A stretch of 64,000 nt of DNA, from NCBI GenBank assembly GCA_963743885.1, contig CAVURJ010000002.1, forward strand, positions 241,706-305,705, read 5' to 3'. Positions within the stretch are counted from its first letter, which is position 1; each line of letters opens with the position of its first letter. Origin of the DNA: Candidatus Moraniibacteriota bacterium. GTDB lineage: Bacteria > Patescibacteriota > Minisyncoccia > Moranbacterales > UBA1568. Below the pieces are notes generated by a model. That model made no database searches, was not told where the DNA came from, and worked only from the letters and a program-made list of their open reading frames with translations. A program made the translations under genes and the position numbers. Below, one piece after another: positions 38,326 through 48,108 of this stretch.

Positions 38326-41022
38326 ATGTCTTTTCTTCAGAAACTCTTCGGGTCGAATGAACGCGAGGTGAATAAGCTTAAGCCGATCGTCGAGGAGATC
38401 AATGCATTTGCAGGAGCGATAGAGAAGCTTTCCGATGAAGAGCTCCGCGGTAAGACGGGAGAGTTCAAGGAACGCTTCACGAAGGGTGAAACGCTTGATG
38501 ACCTCTTGCCGGAAGCATACGCAGTCGTCCGCGAAGCAGCCAAGCGCGCTATCGGCGAGCGGCACTACGATGTGCAGCTCATGGGCGGCATCGCGCTTCA
38601 TCAGGGCAAGATCGCTGAGATGAAGACTGGTGAAGGCAAGACGCTCACGTCGACCCTCCCGATCTATCTCAATGCGCTCTCGGGCAAGGGTGTGCATGTG
38701 GTCACGGTGAACGACTACCTCGCCAAGCGCGACTGCAACTGGATGAGCCGGGTCTATGATTTCCTCGGTCTGTCTTCGGCTTGTATCGTGGGTCAGGGTG
38801 TGTCGTACCGGTATACTCCTGTCGTCTCTGATGACAACGAAGTGACGATCGAGATGGAAAATCTGGTGCCGGTCTCGCGCCGCGAGGCCTATGCCGCCGA
38901 TATCACCTACGGGACCAACAATGAGTTTGGCTTTGACTATCTCCGCGACAACATGGTTGCGGAAGAAGGCCAGATGTCGCAGCGCGAGCTGAACTTTGCC
39001 ATCGTCGACGAAGTGGACTCTATCTTGATCGATGAGGCCCGCACACCGCTCATCATTTCTGCACCGGATGCGGAGTCGACCAAAATGTACGAGCAGTTCG
39101 CACGTATCGTGCCACAACTCAAGCCTGGGAAACCTGCCCGAAACGCTTCGGAGGCGTCTTCGCCGAACGATGCGGGCGGGGACTACGTCGTCGATGAGAA
39201 GATGAAGGCGGTGACGCTCACCGACGAAGGCATGAATCATGTCGAGCAGCTCCTCGGCATGGGCAATATCTATGCGTCTGGCAATGTGCAGTACGTGCAC
39301 CATCTGGAGCAGTCGCTCAAGGCGCAGATCATCTTCAAGCTCGACCGCGACTATGTGGTGAAGGATGGTGAGGTGATCATCGTGGATGACTTCACTGGCC
39401 GCCTTATGCCGGGACGCCGCTACAGCGATGGTCTGCATCAGGCGATTGAGGCTAAGGAAGGCGTCACGGTGCAGAAGGAATCCCGTACACTTGCGACTAT
39501 CACATTCCAGAACTATTTCCGCCTCTACAACAAGCTCGCCGGCATGACCGGTACGGCGACGACGTCGGCTGAGGAGCTCGCCAAGGTGTACAAGCTCGAT
39601 GTGCTCGAGATCCCGACCAACCGTCCGATGGTTCGCCGCGATCTGGGAGATATCATCTACAAGACCGAGGAAGGCAAGTTCCGCGCGATCGTCGAGCGCG
39701 TGAAGGAGGTCAATGCGACCGGCCAGCCGATGCTCATCGGTACAGTGGCGATCGAGAAGTCCGAGTACCTTCATGAGCTCTTGCTCCGCGAAGGTGTGCC
39801 GCACGAGGTGCTCAATGCTAAGAATCATGAGAAGGAAGCTGCGATCGTGGCCAATGCCGGCCAGCAAGGCGCGGTGACTATCGCGACCAACATGGCTGGC
39901 CGCGGCACTGACATCAAGCTGGGGATCGGCGTGCGCGAGCTCGGTGGCCTCTTCATCGTTGGTACAGAACGACATGAGGCGCGACGCATCGACAACCAGC
40001 TCCGCGGCCGCGCGGGACGCCAGGGCGATCCGGGCATGTCGCAGTTCTATGTGTCGCTCGAGGATGAGTTGATGCGGCGGTTCGGCGGGGACAAGATGAA
40101 GAGCATGATGACGACCCTCGGCCTACCGGAGGATGAACCGATCGTGAACAGCCTCATCTCGAGGACGATCGAGAGTGCACAGTCCAAGATCGAAGGTTTC
40201 AACTTCGATATCCGCAAGCACGTGCTTGAGTATGACGACGTGATGAACAAGCAGCGCGAGGTGGTCTATCGCAAGCGCCGCACGATGCTCACACTCGCCG
40301 ATTTCCGCGATGAGACGCTGCGTCTTATCTCCGAAGAGCTCGATCATGTGATCAGTTTTCATACGGCCATGGAGGAGCATGAGTGGAACGTAGCGACTAT
40401 CGCTGCCGAGGCCAATGGCATGTATCCGTCGCTTGATGCGGCAGTAGCCGAGAAGAAGCTTGAGAGTATCCGCGACGACCGGTCCAAGGATGAGATCGAG
40501 AAGCGTACGCTCATGCTCGAGTACTTGGTCGGAGAGGCGAAGGTGACGTATAGCAGCAAGGAAGAGGGATTCGGCAAGCCGATTTGGAATATGCTCCAGA
40601 AGTCGGTCTATCTTCGCTCGCTCGATACGCTTTGGATGAACCATCTCGATGAGATCGATTATCTGCGCCAGGGTATCGGACTGCGCGGCTACGGCCAGCG
40701 CGATCCGCTCATCGAGTACAAGCGCGAGGCGTATGATATGTTCCTCGGGCTCATGGATACTGTGCGCAAGACCTATCTCATGACGATCCTCAAGCTCACG
40801 CCAGAGATGGCGGCACCGGCACAGGAGGAAGCTCCGAAGGCGATGGAGTTCCGCGGAGCAGATGAGAATATGGAACAGTTTAGCGGTGTACAGGCGACGG
40901 GAGGATCAAATGCGGGCGATGCACCAGCACAGAAGCCGATTGTGAATCAGAACGTCATCGGCCGCAATGATCCCTGCCCGTGCGGCAGCGGTAAGAAGTA
41001 CAAGAAATGCCATGGAGCGTGA
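38326..41022 (+). CDS. secA: Preprotein translocase ATPase SecA
   Basis: [75 protein letters not shown]. Confidence 0.99.
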   Translation: MSFLQKLFGSNEREVNKLKPIVEEINAFAGAIEKLSDEELRGKTGEFKERFTKGETLDDLLPEAYAVVREAAKRAIGERHYDVQLMGGIALHQGKIAEMKTGEGKTLTSTLPIYLNALSGKGVHVVTVNDYLAKRDCNWMSRVYDFLGLSSACIVGQGVSYRYTPVVSDDNEVTIEMENLVPVSRREAYAADITYGTNNEFGFDYLRDNMVAEEGQMSQRELNFAIVDEVDSILIDEARTPLIISAPDAESTKMYEQFARIVPQLKPGKPARNASEASSPNDAGGDYVVDEKMKAVTLTDEGMNHVEQLLGMGNIYASGNVQYVHHLEQSLKAQIIFKLDRDYVVKDGEVIIVDDFTGRLMPGRRYSDGLHQAIEAKEGVTVQKESRTLATITFQNYFRLYNKLAGMTGTATTSAEELAKVYKLDVLEIPTNRPMVRRDLGDIIYKTEEGKFRAIVERVKEVNATGQPMLIGTVAIEKSEYLHELLLREGVPHEVLNAKNHEKEAAIVANAGQQGAVTIATNMAGRGTDIKLGIGVRELGGLFIVGTERHEARRIDNQLRGRAGRQGDPGMSQFYVSLEDELMRRFGGDKMKSMMTTLGLPEDEPIVNSLISRTIESAQSKIEGFNFDIRKHVLEYDDVMNKQREVVYRKRRTMLTLADFRDETLRLISEELDHVISFHTAMEEHEWNVATIAAEANGMYPSLDAAVAEKKLESIRDDRSKDEIEKRTLMLEYLVGEAKVTYSSKEEGFGKPIWNMLQKSVYLRSLDTLWMNHLDEIDYLRQGIGLRGYGQRDPLIEYKREAYDMFLGLMDTVRKTYLMTILKLTPEMAAPAQEEAPKAMEFRGADENMEQFSGVQATGGSNAGDAPAQKPIVNQNVIGRNDPCPCGSGKKYKKCHGA
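39133..39180 (+). repeat. 48-bp CCTGCCCGAA...GCGGG element inserted in frame in secA
   Basis: Encodes [16 protein letters not shown]; same ends as the rsmH insert. Confidence 0.85.
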
Positions 41023-41030
41023 TTAGTGCT

Positions 41031-41372
41031 ATGAAGATCATTCATAAAAATCAAGCAGAAAGATTCCAAAATGGGGATCATTGCGTAGCGATTGAATATT
41101 CCTTGGGGGATAAGGATATAAATGGCGCTGTCATAGAATTGTCTGGCAGGTACCCGGAAAGTGGGCGGGCGGTGAATATGGAGTGCAAAGAACTCGTGTA
41201 TGTGATTCGCGGTTCTGGAAAAGTCGCTGTGGAAGATGAAGAAACCAGTCTTGAAGAAGGTGATGTATTGCTTATTCAACCAGGCGAGAGATATTTTTGG
41301 GAGGGCGATTTGACTATGTTTATGCCATGTACGCCGGCCTGGCATCCGGAGCAGCACAAAGAGGTTGAGTAG
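41031..41372 (+). CDS. Cupin domain protein
   Basis: ELVYVIRGSG, L.EGDVLLIQPGE cupin motifs. Confidence 0.8.
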   Translation: MKIIHKNQAERFQNGDHCVAIEYSLGDKDINGAVIELSGRYPESGRAVNMECKELVYVIRGSGKVAVEDEETSLEEGDVLLIQPGERYFWEGDLTMFMPCTPAWHPEQHKEVE

Positions 41373-41391
41373 TGTATAGAAAAACATTCTT

Positions 41392-41622
41392 ATGCAGCTC
41401 GGCATCTACGAACATTACAAGAAGAAACGCTATCAGGTGATTGGGGTGGCTCGGCACAGTGAGACCCTGGAAGAGATGGTCGTGTACCGCGCGCTGTATG
41501 ATTCCGAGGAATTCGGTGACCAGGCGCTCTGGGTCCGCCCGAAAGAGATGTTTCTCGAGGAAGTGGAAATAGACGGGAAGCATGTCCCTCGTTTCCGATA
41601 TATAGGTGAGGAAAATTTATGA
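41392..41622 (+). CDS. DUF1653 domain protein
   Basis: GIYEHYK..RYQVIGVARHSET.EEMVVYRALY, WVRP..MF. Confidence 0.88.
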   Translation: MQLGIYEHYKKKRYQVIGVARHSETLEEMVVYRALYDSEEFGDQALWVRPKEMFLEEVEIDGKHVPRFRYIGEENL

Positions 41623-41945
41623 AAACATTAAAATTTGCGGAAAATCTGGTGCCGCTCGTGCTCTCGGGAGAGAAGACTTCGACGTGGCGCATGTTCGATG
41701 ACAAAGATCTCGCGGTCGGGGACGAGCTTTCGTTCATCAATCGTGCGACGAGCAAGGAATTCGCCAAAGCGAGGATCACAGCTGTTGAGATGAAGACCTT
41801 CGGCAAGATTGATGCGGCTGATCTCGTGGGTCATGAGCGCTATACGAGCCGCGACGAGATGATCGCGGTCTATCGGTCGTACTATGGCGACCAGGTAGAT
41901 GAGGAGACCCCGGTCAAGATGATCGATTTCGAACTTGTGAAATGA
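41619..41945 (+). CDS. ASCH domain protein
   Basis: LKF...V..VLSGEKTSTWR (GxKxxTxR), L.VGD. Confidence 0.8.
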   Translation: MKTLKFAENLVPLVLSGEKTSTWRMFDDKDLAVGDELSFINRATSKEFAKARITAVEMKTFGKIDAADLVGHERYTSRDEMIAVYRSYYGDQVDEETPVKMIDFELVK

Positions 41946-41951
41946 TCTGCT

Positions 41952-42605
41952 ATGGATGACAGGGAAGTTATCCTAGAGACGGAAGCATTCGTAAAAGAGA
42001 CGCTCGCTGGCGCTGAAGGTGCGCATGATTTTTGGCATATCCGTCGTGTCCATACGATGGCCAGGCGTATAGCGGCTGAGGAGAGCGCAGACATGCTTGT
42101 TGTCGAACTTGGAGCACTGCTTCATGATATCGCTGATGCGAAATTCCATGGCGGCGATGAGGAGATTGGGCCGCGGAAAGCGAAAGAGTTTCTTGAGAGT
42201 ATCGGTGTCGAGCAGAGAGTGATTGGTCATGTCGAGCAGATTATTCGGAACATCTCGTTTCGGAAGAGCCTCGAAGGTCAGGAGTTTCATTCGCTTGAGC
42301 TTGATGTCGTACAGGATGCGGATCGTCTCGATGCGCTCGGTGCTATCGGCATCGCGCGGACATTTGCATACAACGGAGCCAAGGGGCGGCAGCTGTATGA
42401 TCCTTCGGTCAAGCCGAATCTTCACATGACCAAGGAGGAATACAAGGCGAGCACAGCACCGACGATCAATCATTTCTATGAGAAGCTGCTTCTTCTCAAG
42501 GATCGGATGAATACAGCCACGGGCCGGCGGCTCGCGGAGGGCCGGCATGTCTTCATGGAGCGGTATCTTGAGGAGTTCTATGATGAATGGGAAGGAAAAG
42601 TATGA
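41952..42605 (+). CDS. HD-domain phosphohydrolase (YedJ/YpgQ-like)
   Basis: HDFWHIRRV, LLHDIAD, VQDADRLDALGAIGIAR, HFYEKLL. Confidence 0.9.
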   Translation: MDDREVILETEAFVKETLAGAEGAHDFWHIRRVHTMARRIAAEESADMLVVELGALLHDIADAKFHGGDEEIGPRKAKEFLESIGVEQRVIGHVEQIIRNISFRKSLEGQEFHSLELDVVQDADRLDALGAIGIARTFAYNGAKGRQLYDPSVKPNLHMTKEEYKASTAPTINHFYEKLLLLKDRMNTATGRRLAEGRHVFMERYLEEFYDEWEGKV

Positions 42606-43018
42606 ATATGGATCTGCCACAGCACCCGCTCTTTGATGAATTGAAAAAGCTCGGTCTACCAGAGGGTGATTGGGCGGTGTTTGGGAGTGGCCCGATGTGG
42701 GTGCGCGGCATCCGTGAGTCGGAGGATATCGATATCATTGCCCGCGGCGCGGCGTGGGAGTGGACGAAGACGCATGGCAAGACCGGCATCAAGGAAAGCT
42801 CTGGTTTGGAATACGTGCAGTTCGCGAATGATAGTATCGAGGTCTACCGCGCTTGGTATCCGGGGGAATGGGATATCGATCAGTTGATTGATACGGCAGA
42901 GGTGGTCGGCGGCGTGCCGTTCGTAGGATTGGATCATGTCATCGCATGGAAGAAGATCATGGGCCGGGAGAAGGATGCGAAGGATCTGGTTCTGATTGAA
43001 AAGTATTTGAAGAAATAA
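42602..43018 (+). CDS. Nucleotidyltransferase-like hypothetical protein
   Basis: VFGSG...GIRES.DIDI and GREKD..D, a pol-beta-like NTase pattern. Confidence 0.6.
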   Translation: MNMDLPQHPLFDELKKLGLPEGDWAVFGSGPMWVRGIRESEDIDIIARGAAWEWTKTHGKTGIKESSGLEYVQFANDSIEVYRAWYPGEWDIDQLIDTAEVVGGVPFVGLDHVIAWKKIMGREKDAKDLVLIEKYLKK

Positions 43019-43020
43019 GT

Positions 43021-43464
43021 ATGAAGATCACATTGTGCGGGAGCATTGCGTTTATCGATGAGATGGATGCGGTGCGGAAGGAGCTCGAAGGGATGGGGCA
43101 TGAGGTACAGATGCCGCCTCTTGAGATCGTAGGGGAGGATGGTAGCATGATGCCAGTCAAGGAATATTATGCGCTCCGCAAGTCTGCTGCGGATGATCAG
43201 ACATGGATTTGGAAAAAGAAAGCGGAAGCGATGCGCGGACATTTCGATAAGGTAGCCTGGGCGGATGTGACGCTCGTGTGTAATTATGATAAGAACGGCA
43301 TTGTGGGATATGTTGGTGCTAATACGCTCATGGAAATGGGATTGGCATTCCATCTGAAGCAGCCGATTTATCTTTTGGGTCCGATTCCGGAGATTTCATA
43401 CAAGGAAGAGATTCTTGGTATGTGGCCGATTGTGATCAATGGTGATCTGAAGAAGATAGCATAA
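43021..43464 (+). CDS. Nucleoside 2-deoxyribosyltransferase-like / Rossmann-fold hypothetical protein
   Basis: MKITLCGS, AD..LV.N...GYVG.NTLME.GLA...K.PIYL pattern. Confidence 0.55.
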   Translation: MKITLCGSIAFIDEMDAVRKELEGMGHEVQMPPLEIVGEDGSMMPVKEYYALRKSAADDQTWIWKKKAEAMRGHFDKVAWADVTLVCNYDKNGIVGYVGANTLMEMGLAFHLKQPIYLLGPIPEISYKEEILGMWPIVINGDLKKIA

Positions 43465-43720
43465 GAAAGAAAAAGCCCTCGGCCGGATGGTCGGGGGTTT
43501 TCGTTTGCGCTTGGGCGCTTTCGAAGGGAGAGCGAGGAGGGGAGTGGGGGAGTGAAAAGGTGAAATCGTTGTTTCTATGAGGTATCCGGTGGATACCAGC
43601 GCTCCCAAATGTCCCCTATCCTCGCATCTCTATGATACACCCATATTGTCCGGGAGCGCAAGGAGGTAGAAAAAGGCAAGAAAAAAGGAAGGATCGCTTG
43701 GCGTTCCTTCCCTTGGCTGG

Positions 43721-44401
43721 CTATTCCTCTTCTTGTGATCGTTCGGAAATGCGGCCGAAAAGATTCTCGATGTCGTCTTGGACGAGCGCCTCCAGGTCTT
43801 CCGGGCTGCCGTGACAACTCTTCTTGATAAGCGCGGCCGCTTCTGGGAAGAGCACTCCATGGTAGACTTCGATTGAGATGTGGCCGAAGATGGTGCCAGG
43901 CATCTGGTTTTCCCACCATTCGATGTCGTCGGCGATGGCGTCGCCATGCGAGACCTCAACAAAAGTGCCGGGGCTAATGCATGGGATGCCGTCTGGCAGC
44001 TCGAAGATGTGGAACTCGAACTTTTCGGTCTCAGTGCTATGGTTGCCTTCCGGAGCTCGTATGAGCTTCTGGATAAGGCTGACGGCTGGCCTCTCAGCGA
44101 GGGAGAGTAGCTGATCTGGGATGCCGGCGGAGTATTCCCTCAGGAGTTTCAGCGAGCGTCTCGAAATCAGGTCATCGATGGTCTCGATTGTGATGAAGGC
44201 ACAGGCATGCATGCTCGAGACGACGTCTCCAGAAGAGATCGTTCTGGGAAACGGACCCAATGCCCTGGTCCATTCCGAGACATCCCTTAGTGATTCGATG
44301 CTCCTCATCGTGGAAGGGGCTTCCAGGTAGGTTTTTGGCGCAGCATCTGGAAACGTAGCATGGAGAACAGAAAAGCTGATGCGGCGGCTATCGGACGGCA
44401 T
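43721..44401 (-). CDS. Hypothetical protein (ORFan cassette)
   Basis: 226-aa ORF; AAAGGG SD; TTGACA-16-TATCCT at 44459-44486; terminator near 43680-43712. Confidence 0.55.
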   Translation of the reverse strand: MPSDSRRISFSVLHATFPDAAPKTYLEAPSTMRSIESLRDVSEWTRALGPFPRTISSGDVVSSMHACAFITIETIDDLISRRSLKLLREYSAGIPDQLLSLAERPAVSLIQKLIRAPEGNHSTETEKFEFHIFELPDGIPCISPGTFVEVSHGDAIADDIEWWENQMPGTIFGHISIEVYHGVLFPEAAALIKKSCHGSPEDLEALVQDDIENLFGRISERSQEEE

Positions 44402-44490
44402 GATGAGCCCTTTCTCTTGGTTGCAGGTTAAGGAACGATAGGCTAGACTTTCAGGGTAAGGATAGCGGAAAAGCCCGTATTGTCAATACT

Positions 44491-44964
44491 ATGACCATGA
44501 GAAAACTTCTGACATTGTGTCTGGCGGTGGAAGATGGGAAGGTGCTCCTCGGCATGAAGAAGCGTGGTTTCGGCGCGGGCCGGTGGAACGGCTTCGGTGG
44601 CAAGGTGGAGCCGGGTGAGACGATCGAGGCGGCGGCGAAGCGTGAGATGCTTGAGGAGTGTGGCGTGTCGATCGAAGAGATGGAGAAGGTCGGCATTCAT
44701 GAGTTTGAGTTCGAGAAGAATAGAGGCGAGATCCTCGAGGTACATGTCTTCCGCGTCGGTATATGGAGCGGCGAGCCGGAGGAGACGGAAGAGATGAGGC
44801 CAGAGTGGTTCGCGTTTTCTGATATCCCGTACGATGAGATGTGGCCGGATGACCGCTATTGGCTGCCGATTTTCTTCGAAGGCAAACGGTTCCGTACGAG
44901 GTTCCTCTTCGGCGAGGGAGACGCCGTCCTTGAGAAGGATATTCGTGAAGGAGTATCACCGTGA
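44491..44964 (+). CDS. NUDIX hydrolase, 8-oxo-dGTPase/MTH1-like
   Basis: LLGMKKRGFG.GRWNGFGGKVEPGE..AAKREMLEE, EEMRP.WF, MWPDD. Confidence 0.9.
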   Translation: MTMRKLLTLCLAVEDGKVLLGMKKRGFGAGRWNGFGGKVEPGETIEAAAKREMLEECGVSIEEMEKVGIHEFEFEKNRGEILEVHVFRVGIWSGEPEETEEMRPEWFAFSDIPYDEMWPDDRYWLPIFFEGKRFRTRFLFGEGDAVLEKDIREGVSP

Positions 44965-45111
44965 GCATCGGTGGAGGCCTATATTTTGTGTTGTTATTTT
45001 GGTATTTCACGTGTACATATTTTCCTACGACCGTGGGAAAATATGTACACAAAGAATGAGGTCTTGATGATATATTGGTATGTGGTTCGTGATTGATCTG
45101 ATATTATCGGA

Positions 45112-46014
45112 ATGAGTATGGGAAATATCCTCCGTATCAGTGTGTTCGTCATCGCTATCCTCGCCGCCGGGGCGCTTTTTCTGCGTTCGATGCCGCACGG
45201 ATCCAGTATGAGTGGCATCTCTGCTCAGTCGGCGATTTCTCAGACCGACCTCCGCCAATTCTTGCCGCCGCGTATCGTCTCGGTGGCGCCGGCTGACGGA
45301 GCCAAGGACGTGTTGCTTGGTATCGAGGATCCAATCATCGTGCGTTTCGATCATTCAGCCAGTCGCTTCTTTATCGATTTCCGATTGGATCCGCCAGTCG
45401 AGGTGGCGTATGAGAATAATGCGGAAAAGACGGAGTTCCGGGTCGTGCCGAAAGAGCCGCTTCGGGATGGGACAGAGTATACGCTTTCGGTGGCATATCG
45501 ACTGCGGACCGATGCTTCGGCTGAGGCGAAGGAGCTCGTGAAGGAACATTTCACGACGCTGCCGCCGCAGCCGACGGTGTGGAGCAAGGACACGGCAGTG
45601 CGCCTTGATGAGGCCAAGCGTTTGACCCGGGCCAAGGTCCGCGAGGGGAGGTATATTGATATCAATCTGGCGAGCCAGGTGATGACGATTTTCGAAGACG
45701 GCAAGGCATTTGATAGCTTCCTCGTCTCTTCTGGCAAACCGGGCATGGATACACCCCGGGGTACGTATCAGATTCGCAACAAAGCGCCTCGTCCATGGTC
45801 CAAGGCATATAGTCTTTTCATGCCGCATTGGATGGCGCTGGTGCCGGATGGGAAATACGGTATCCATGAATTGCCGGAATGGCCGGGCGGATACAAGGAG
45901 GGCGCGGCCCATTTGGGGCGGCCGGTCTCGCATGGCTGCGTGCGCCTCGGAGTAGGCGCCGCGAAGCGTGTCTATGAGTGGGCCGAAATCGGCACAAATG
46001 TGGTGGTGTATTAG
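45112..46014 (+). CDS. L,D-transpeptidase (YkuD) with Ig-like domain
   Basis: N-terminal TM, Big_5-like region, VSSGK..TP.G, GIH...SHGCVRL. Confidence 0.9.
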   Translation: MSMGNILRISVFVIAILAAGALFLRSMPHGSSMSGISAQSAISQTDLRQFLPPRIVSVAPADGAKDVLLGIEDPIIVRFDHSASRFFIDFRLDPPVEVAYENNAEKTEFRVVPKEPLRDGTEYTLSVAYRLRTDASAEAKELVKEHFTTLPPQPTVWSKDTAVRLDEAKRLTRAKVREGRYIDINLASQVMTIFEDGKAFDSFLVSSGKPGMDTPRGTYQIRNKAPRPWSKAYSLFMPHWMALVPDGKYGIHELPEWPGGYKEGAAHLGRPVSHGCVRLGVGAAKRVYEWAEIGTNVVVY

Positions 46015-46016
46015 AC

Positions 46017-46045
46017 TTGCTTTTTCCCTTATCCTGGGCTAGACT
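46017..46045 (+). promoter_or_regulatory. Promoter of the tRNA locus
   Basis: TTGCTT-17 bp-TAGACT just upstream of the degenerate tRNA 5' half. Confidence 0.55.
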
Positions 46046-46059
46046 GAGCCTTGTCATAT

Positions 46060-46233
46060 GGGCCTGTACCTGCCCGAATCGCTACGAGAGCAATTCTCTT
46101 GCGAATCGTTGCCCGCCCGCATCGTTACACGAGGCGTTTCGGGCAGGCGGGTGGGGTAAAGCTTGCCCTGTGTGATTCCGCTTTGCGGACCGGTGAAGCC
46201 GGATCACACGGGGTAAATATTACGCGGCATTCG
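46060..46233 (+). pseudogene. Degenerate 5' half of tRNA-Ala disrupted by three palindromic insertions
   Basis: gggcctgta (46060-68) + gtaaag (46156-61) + tattacgcggcattcg (46218-33) match the first 34 nt of the intact tRNA. Confidence 0.8.
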
Positions 46234-46276
46234 TCCCTCACTTGGAAAACATTATTAGGTTCAAAGTAAATGGTTA

Positions 46277-47878
46277 TTATATAGCATACGTTTTGTTAGA
46301 TAATATGGGCCTGTAGTAAAGTGGTATTACGCGGCATTCGCATTGCCGAGTCGGGAGTTCGATTCTCCCCAGGTCCACCAAATCGGATTTTTTATCGCCA
46401 AAGGTCTCACTTATCTCAAAGATAAGCCCCAATTTGGCAGTTCCAAATCCTACACCTTTCGTATAGCGTATTCCCTCGGGAAAAACCAGTTTTTGGAACC
46501 GAGGATACAGATGCGGGGGTAAATCCGTCCATTGTCTTCCTAAATCGCTTATGTAGCGTTCTGCATAGGCTACCGAGGCTTCTGCATCGAATTGTTCTAT
46601 CCGAGCCTCACTTCGCGAAATACGCGAAGCTATGAGTTCGTTTTCTACTTCGGCTTTCCGTTCGGTAAATTCTTCCTTTGTATAGGAGCCGTCTTCTCGC
46701 ATCTCGAAAATCCGTTTACGCTTCTCTTCCAAAAGGGCGATTGTCTTATCGTATCGTTTCGCCTCGGCTTCAAAATGTCCGCCTTTGTCTTTCCAGATAC
46801 TCACAATGGTCGAGTTGATGAGGTCGCGAACTTTCTTCTTAGGGATGATTTTTTGGAGCTTCTTTACGAAGTCTTCTGCTACCTTGTCCACGGAAAGACT
46901 TTTGCAATACATAGAGCAACCCTTGGTGAAGCAATGATAGTAGGGGTATGCTCCACCTGTTCCGTGGGAAATACTCGCGGTTACTGCTTTACCGCACTCT
47001 CCGCAGAGGATTGTTTTCCGCAAAGGAAAGGTTGGATTTACCTTGTGGCGGAGGATTTTCACGCCCTTACCCGCCATTCGTTGTTTGATTTGATAGTGTT
47101 CTTCTTCTGTAATCATCGGTTTGTGCAATCCTTTGACTTCTTCTTTCGCCCACGGATTGACGATGATACCTGCATAAAAGTTCAAATGCCTGAAAAGCAA
47201 TCCGCTCACGAATTGCACTCGTGTTTTGCTTCCTCGGTATTTATCAAGCCCCCACTCATTGAACAAACGAGCAAGCTCTGTTTGAGAGACTTGCCCGCGA
47301 GCGTATTCTTTCAATCCGCGTTGAATAATAGGAAAGATGTTTTCGTCTGGCTTGTCGGGTTCGTTTTTCTTTTCGCCTCGTTTCTTGGCTTGTCCGCAAA
47401 TGTAGCCGATAGGAGGCTTCCACGGAAAGATGCCTTGGTTTATTCGTGAAATCATTCCGTCCACGCAACGCTGACGACGAACGGCATTATCAAATTCAGC
47501 ACTGCCCGCCAACACGGTCTCGATGAACTTTTCGGTCGGGTTGTTTCCAATTGGTTCCGTTACGGAATGGAGGGTTACGCCATAATCAAGAAGCACCTTG
47601 CGGACATAGAAATGGTCTTCGGTATTTCTGGCGAACCTGTCTACTTTGGCAACTACAAACGCATCCATTTCCCCTTTATTCTTTCGGCAAAGTTCGATAG
47701 CTCGCAGGAACTCCTTGCGGTCGGCAGATTTTGCCGAAGCTCCCTCCTCACGGAAAACGGCTACGATTTCGATGCCTCGGTCTTTGCAATAGTTTCGGCA
47801 AATCTCTTCTTGAAAATCAAGAGAAGTGCCTTTGATTTGTTCGTCGCTTGATACGCGTGTATAGATTATTCCTTTCAT
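46277..47878 (-). CDS. Large serine recombinase (resolvase + recombinase + Zn-ribbon domains)
   Basis: YTRVSSDEQ catalytic Ser, DRFAR, PIGY, CGECG...YYHC...C, coiled coil; 3' end reads antisense through the tRNA. Confidence 0.93.
   Translation of the reverse strand: MKGIIYTRVSSDEQIKGTSLDFQEEICRNYCKDRGIEIVAVFREEGASAKSADRKEFLRAIELCRKNKGEMDAFVVAKVDRFARNTEDHFYVRKVLLDYGVTLHSVTEPIGNNPTEKFIETVLAGSAEFDNAVRRQRCVDGMISRINQGIFPWKPPIGYICGQAKKRGEKKNEPDKPDENIFPIIQRGLKEYARGQVSQTELARLFNEWGLDKYRGSKTRVQFVSGLLFRHLNFYAGIIVNPWAKEEVKGLHKPMITEEEHYQIKQRMAGKGVKILRHKVNPTFPLRKTILCGECGKAVTASISHGTGGAYPYYHCFTKGCSMYCKSLSVDKVAEDFVKKLQKIIPKKKVRDLINSTIVSIWKDKGGHFEAEAKRYDKTIALLEEKRKRIFEMREDGSYTKEEFTERKAEVENELIASRISRSEARIEQFDAEASVAYAERYISDLGRQWTDLPPHLYPRFQKLVFPEGIRYTKGVGFGTAKLGLIFEISETFGDKKSDLVDLGRIELPTRQCECRVIPLYYRPILSNKTYAI
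46307..46380 (+). tRNA. tRNA-Ala (anticodon CGC)
   Basis: Acceptor GGGCCTG/CAGGTCC with G3:U70, anticodon arm cggca-ttCGCat-tgccg, T-arm gggag-ttcgatt-ctccc, ends ACCA. Confidence 0.95.
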
Positions 47879-47891
47879 AATTTTGTAGTTA

Positions 47892-48044
47892 GAAAAACCC
47901 AAAAGGCGGTTCTGGCACCCAACTAAACGGCCAAAGCTGTTTTCGTCGGCAGAACCGCCTTTTGGGCGTACGAAAACAAAAAATTTGGCAGTATATTATA
48001 GTTGGGTGCATCTATATTATGCCTCATTTTTCGCTTTCTGCCAA
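47892..48044 (-). promoter_or_regulatory. Promoter and attenuator-like leader of the recombinase
   Basis: TTGGCA-17-CATAAT (48044-48016); competing stems 47898-914/47950-966 and 47915-946/47970-48009. Confidence 0.7.
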
Positions 48045-48108
48045 CTCCTTTTTGAGGATTTTTGCGAGCTTTTTTATCGCTGTATCGCTCATATCTCCTA
48101 TGACAGGC

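Noticed and set aside
38317-39975. Long antisense ORFs over secA, murF (8042-9451), glyA (14037-15287), rsmH, galU and others
   Set aside because: Shadow frames opposite well-recognised genes, produced by codon bias; no motifs of their own.
46060-46380. Group I intron-containing tRNA
   Set aside because: An intact uninterrupted tRNA exists at 46307-46380, and the inserts match dispersed palindrome families rather than intron core elements.
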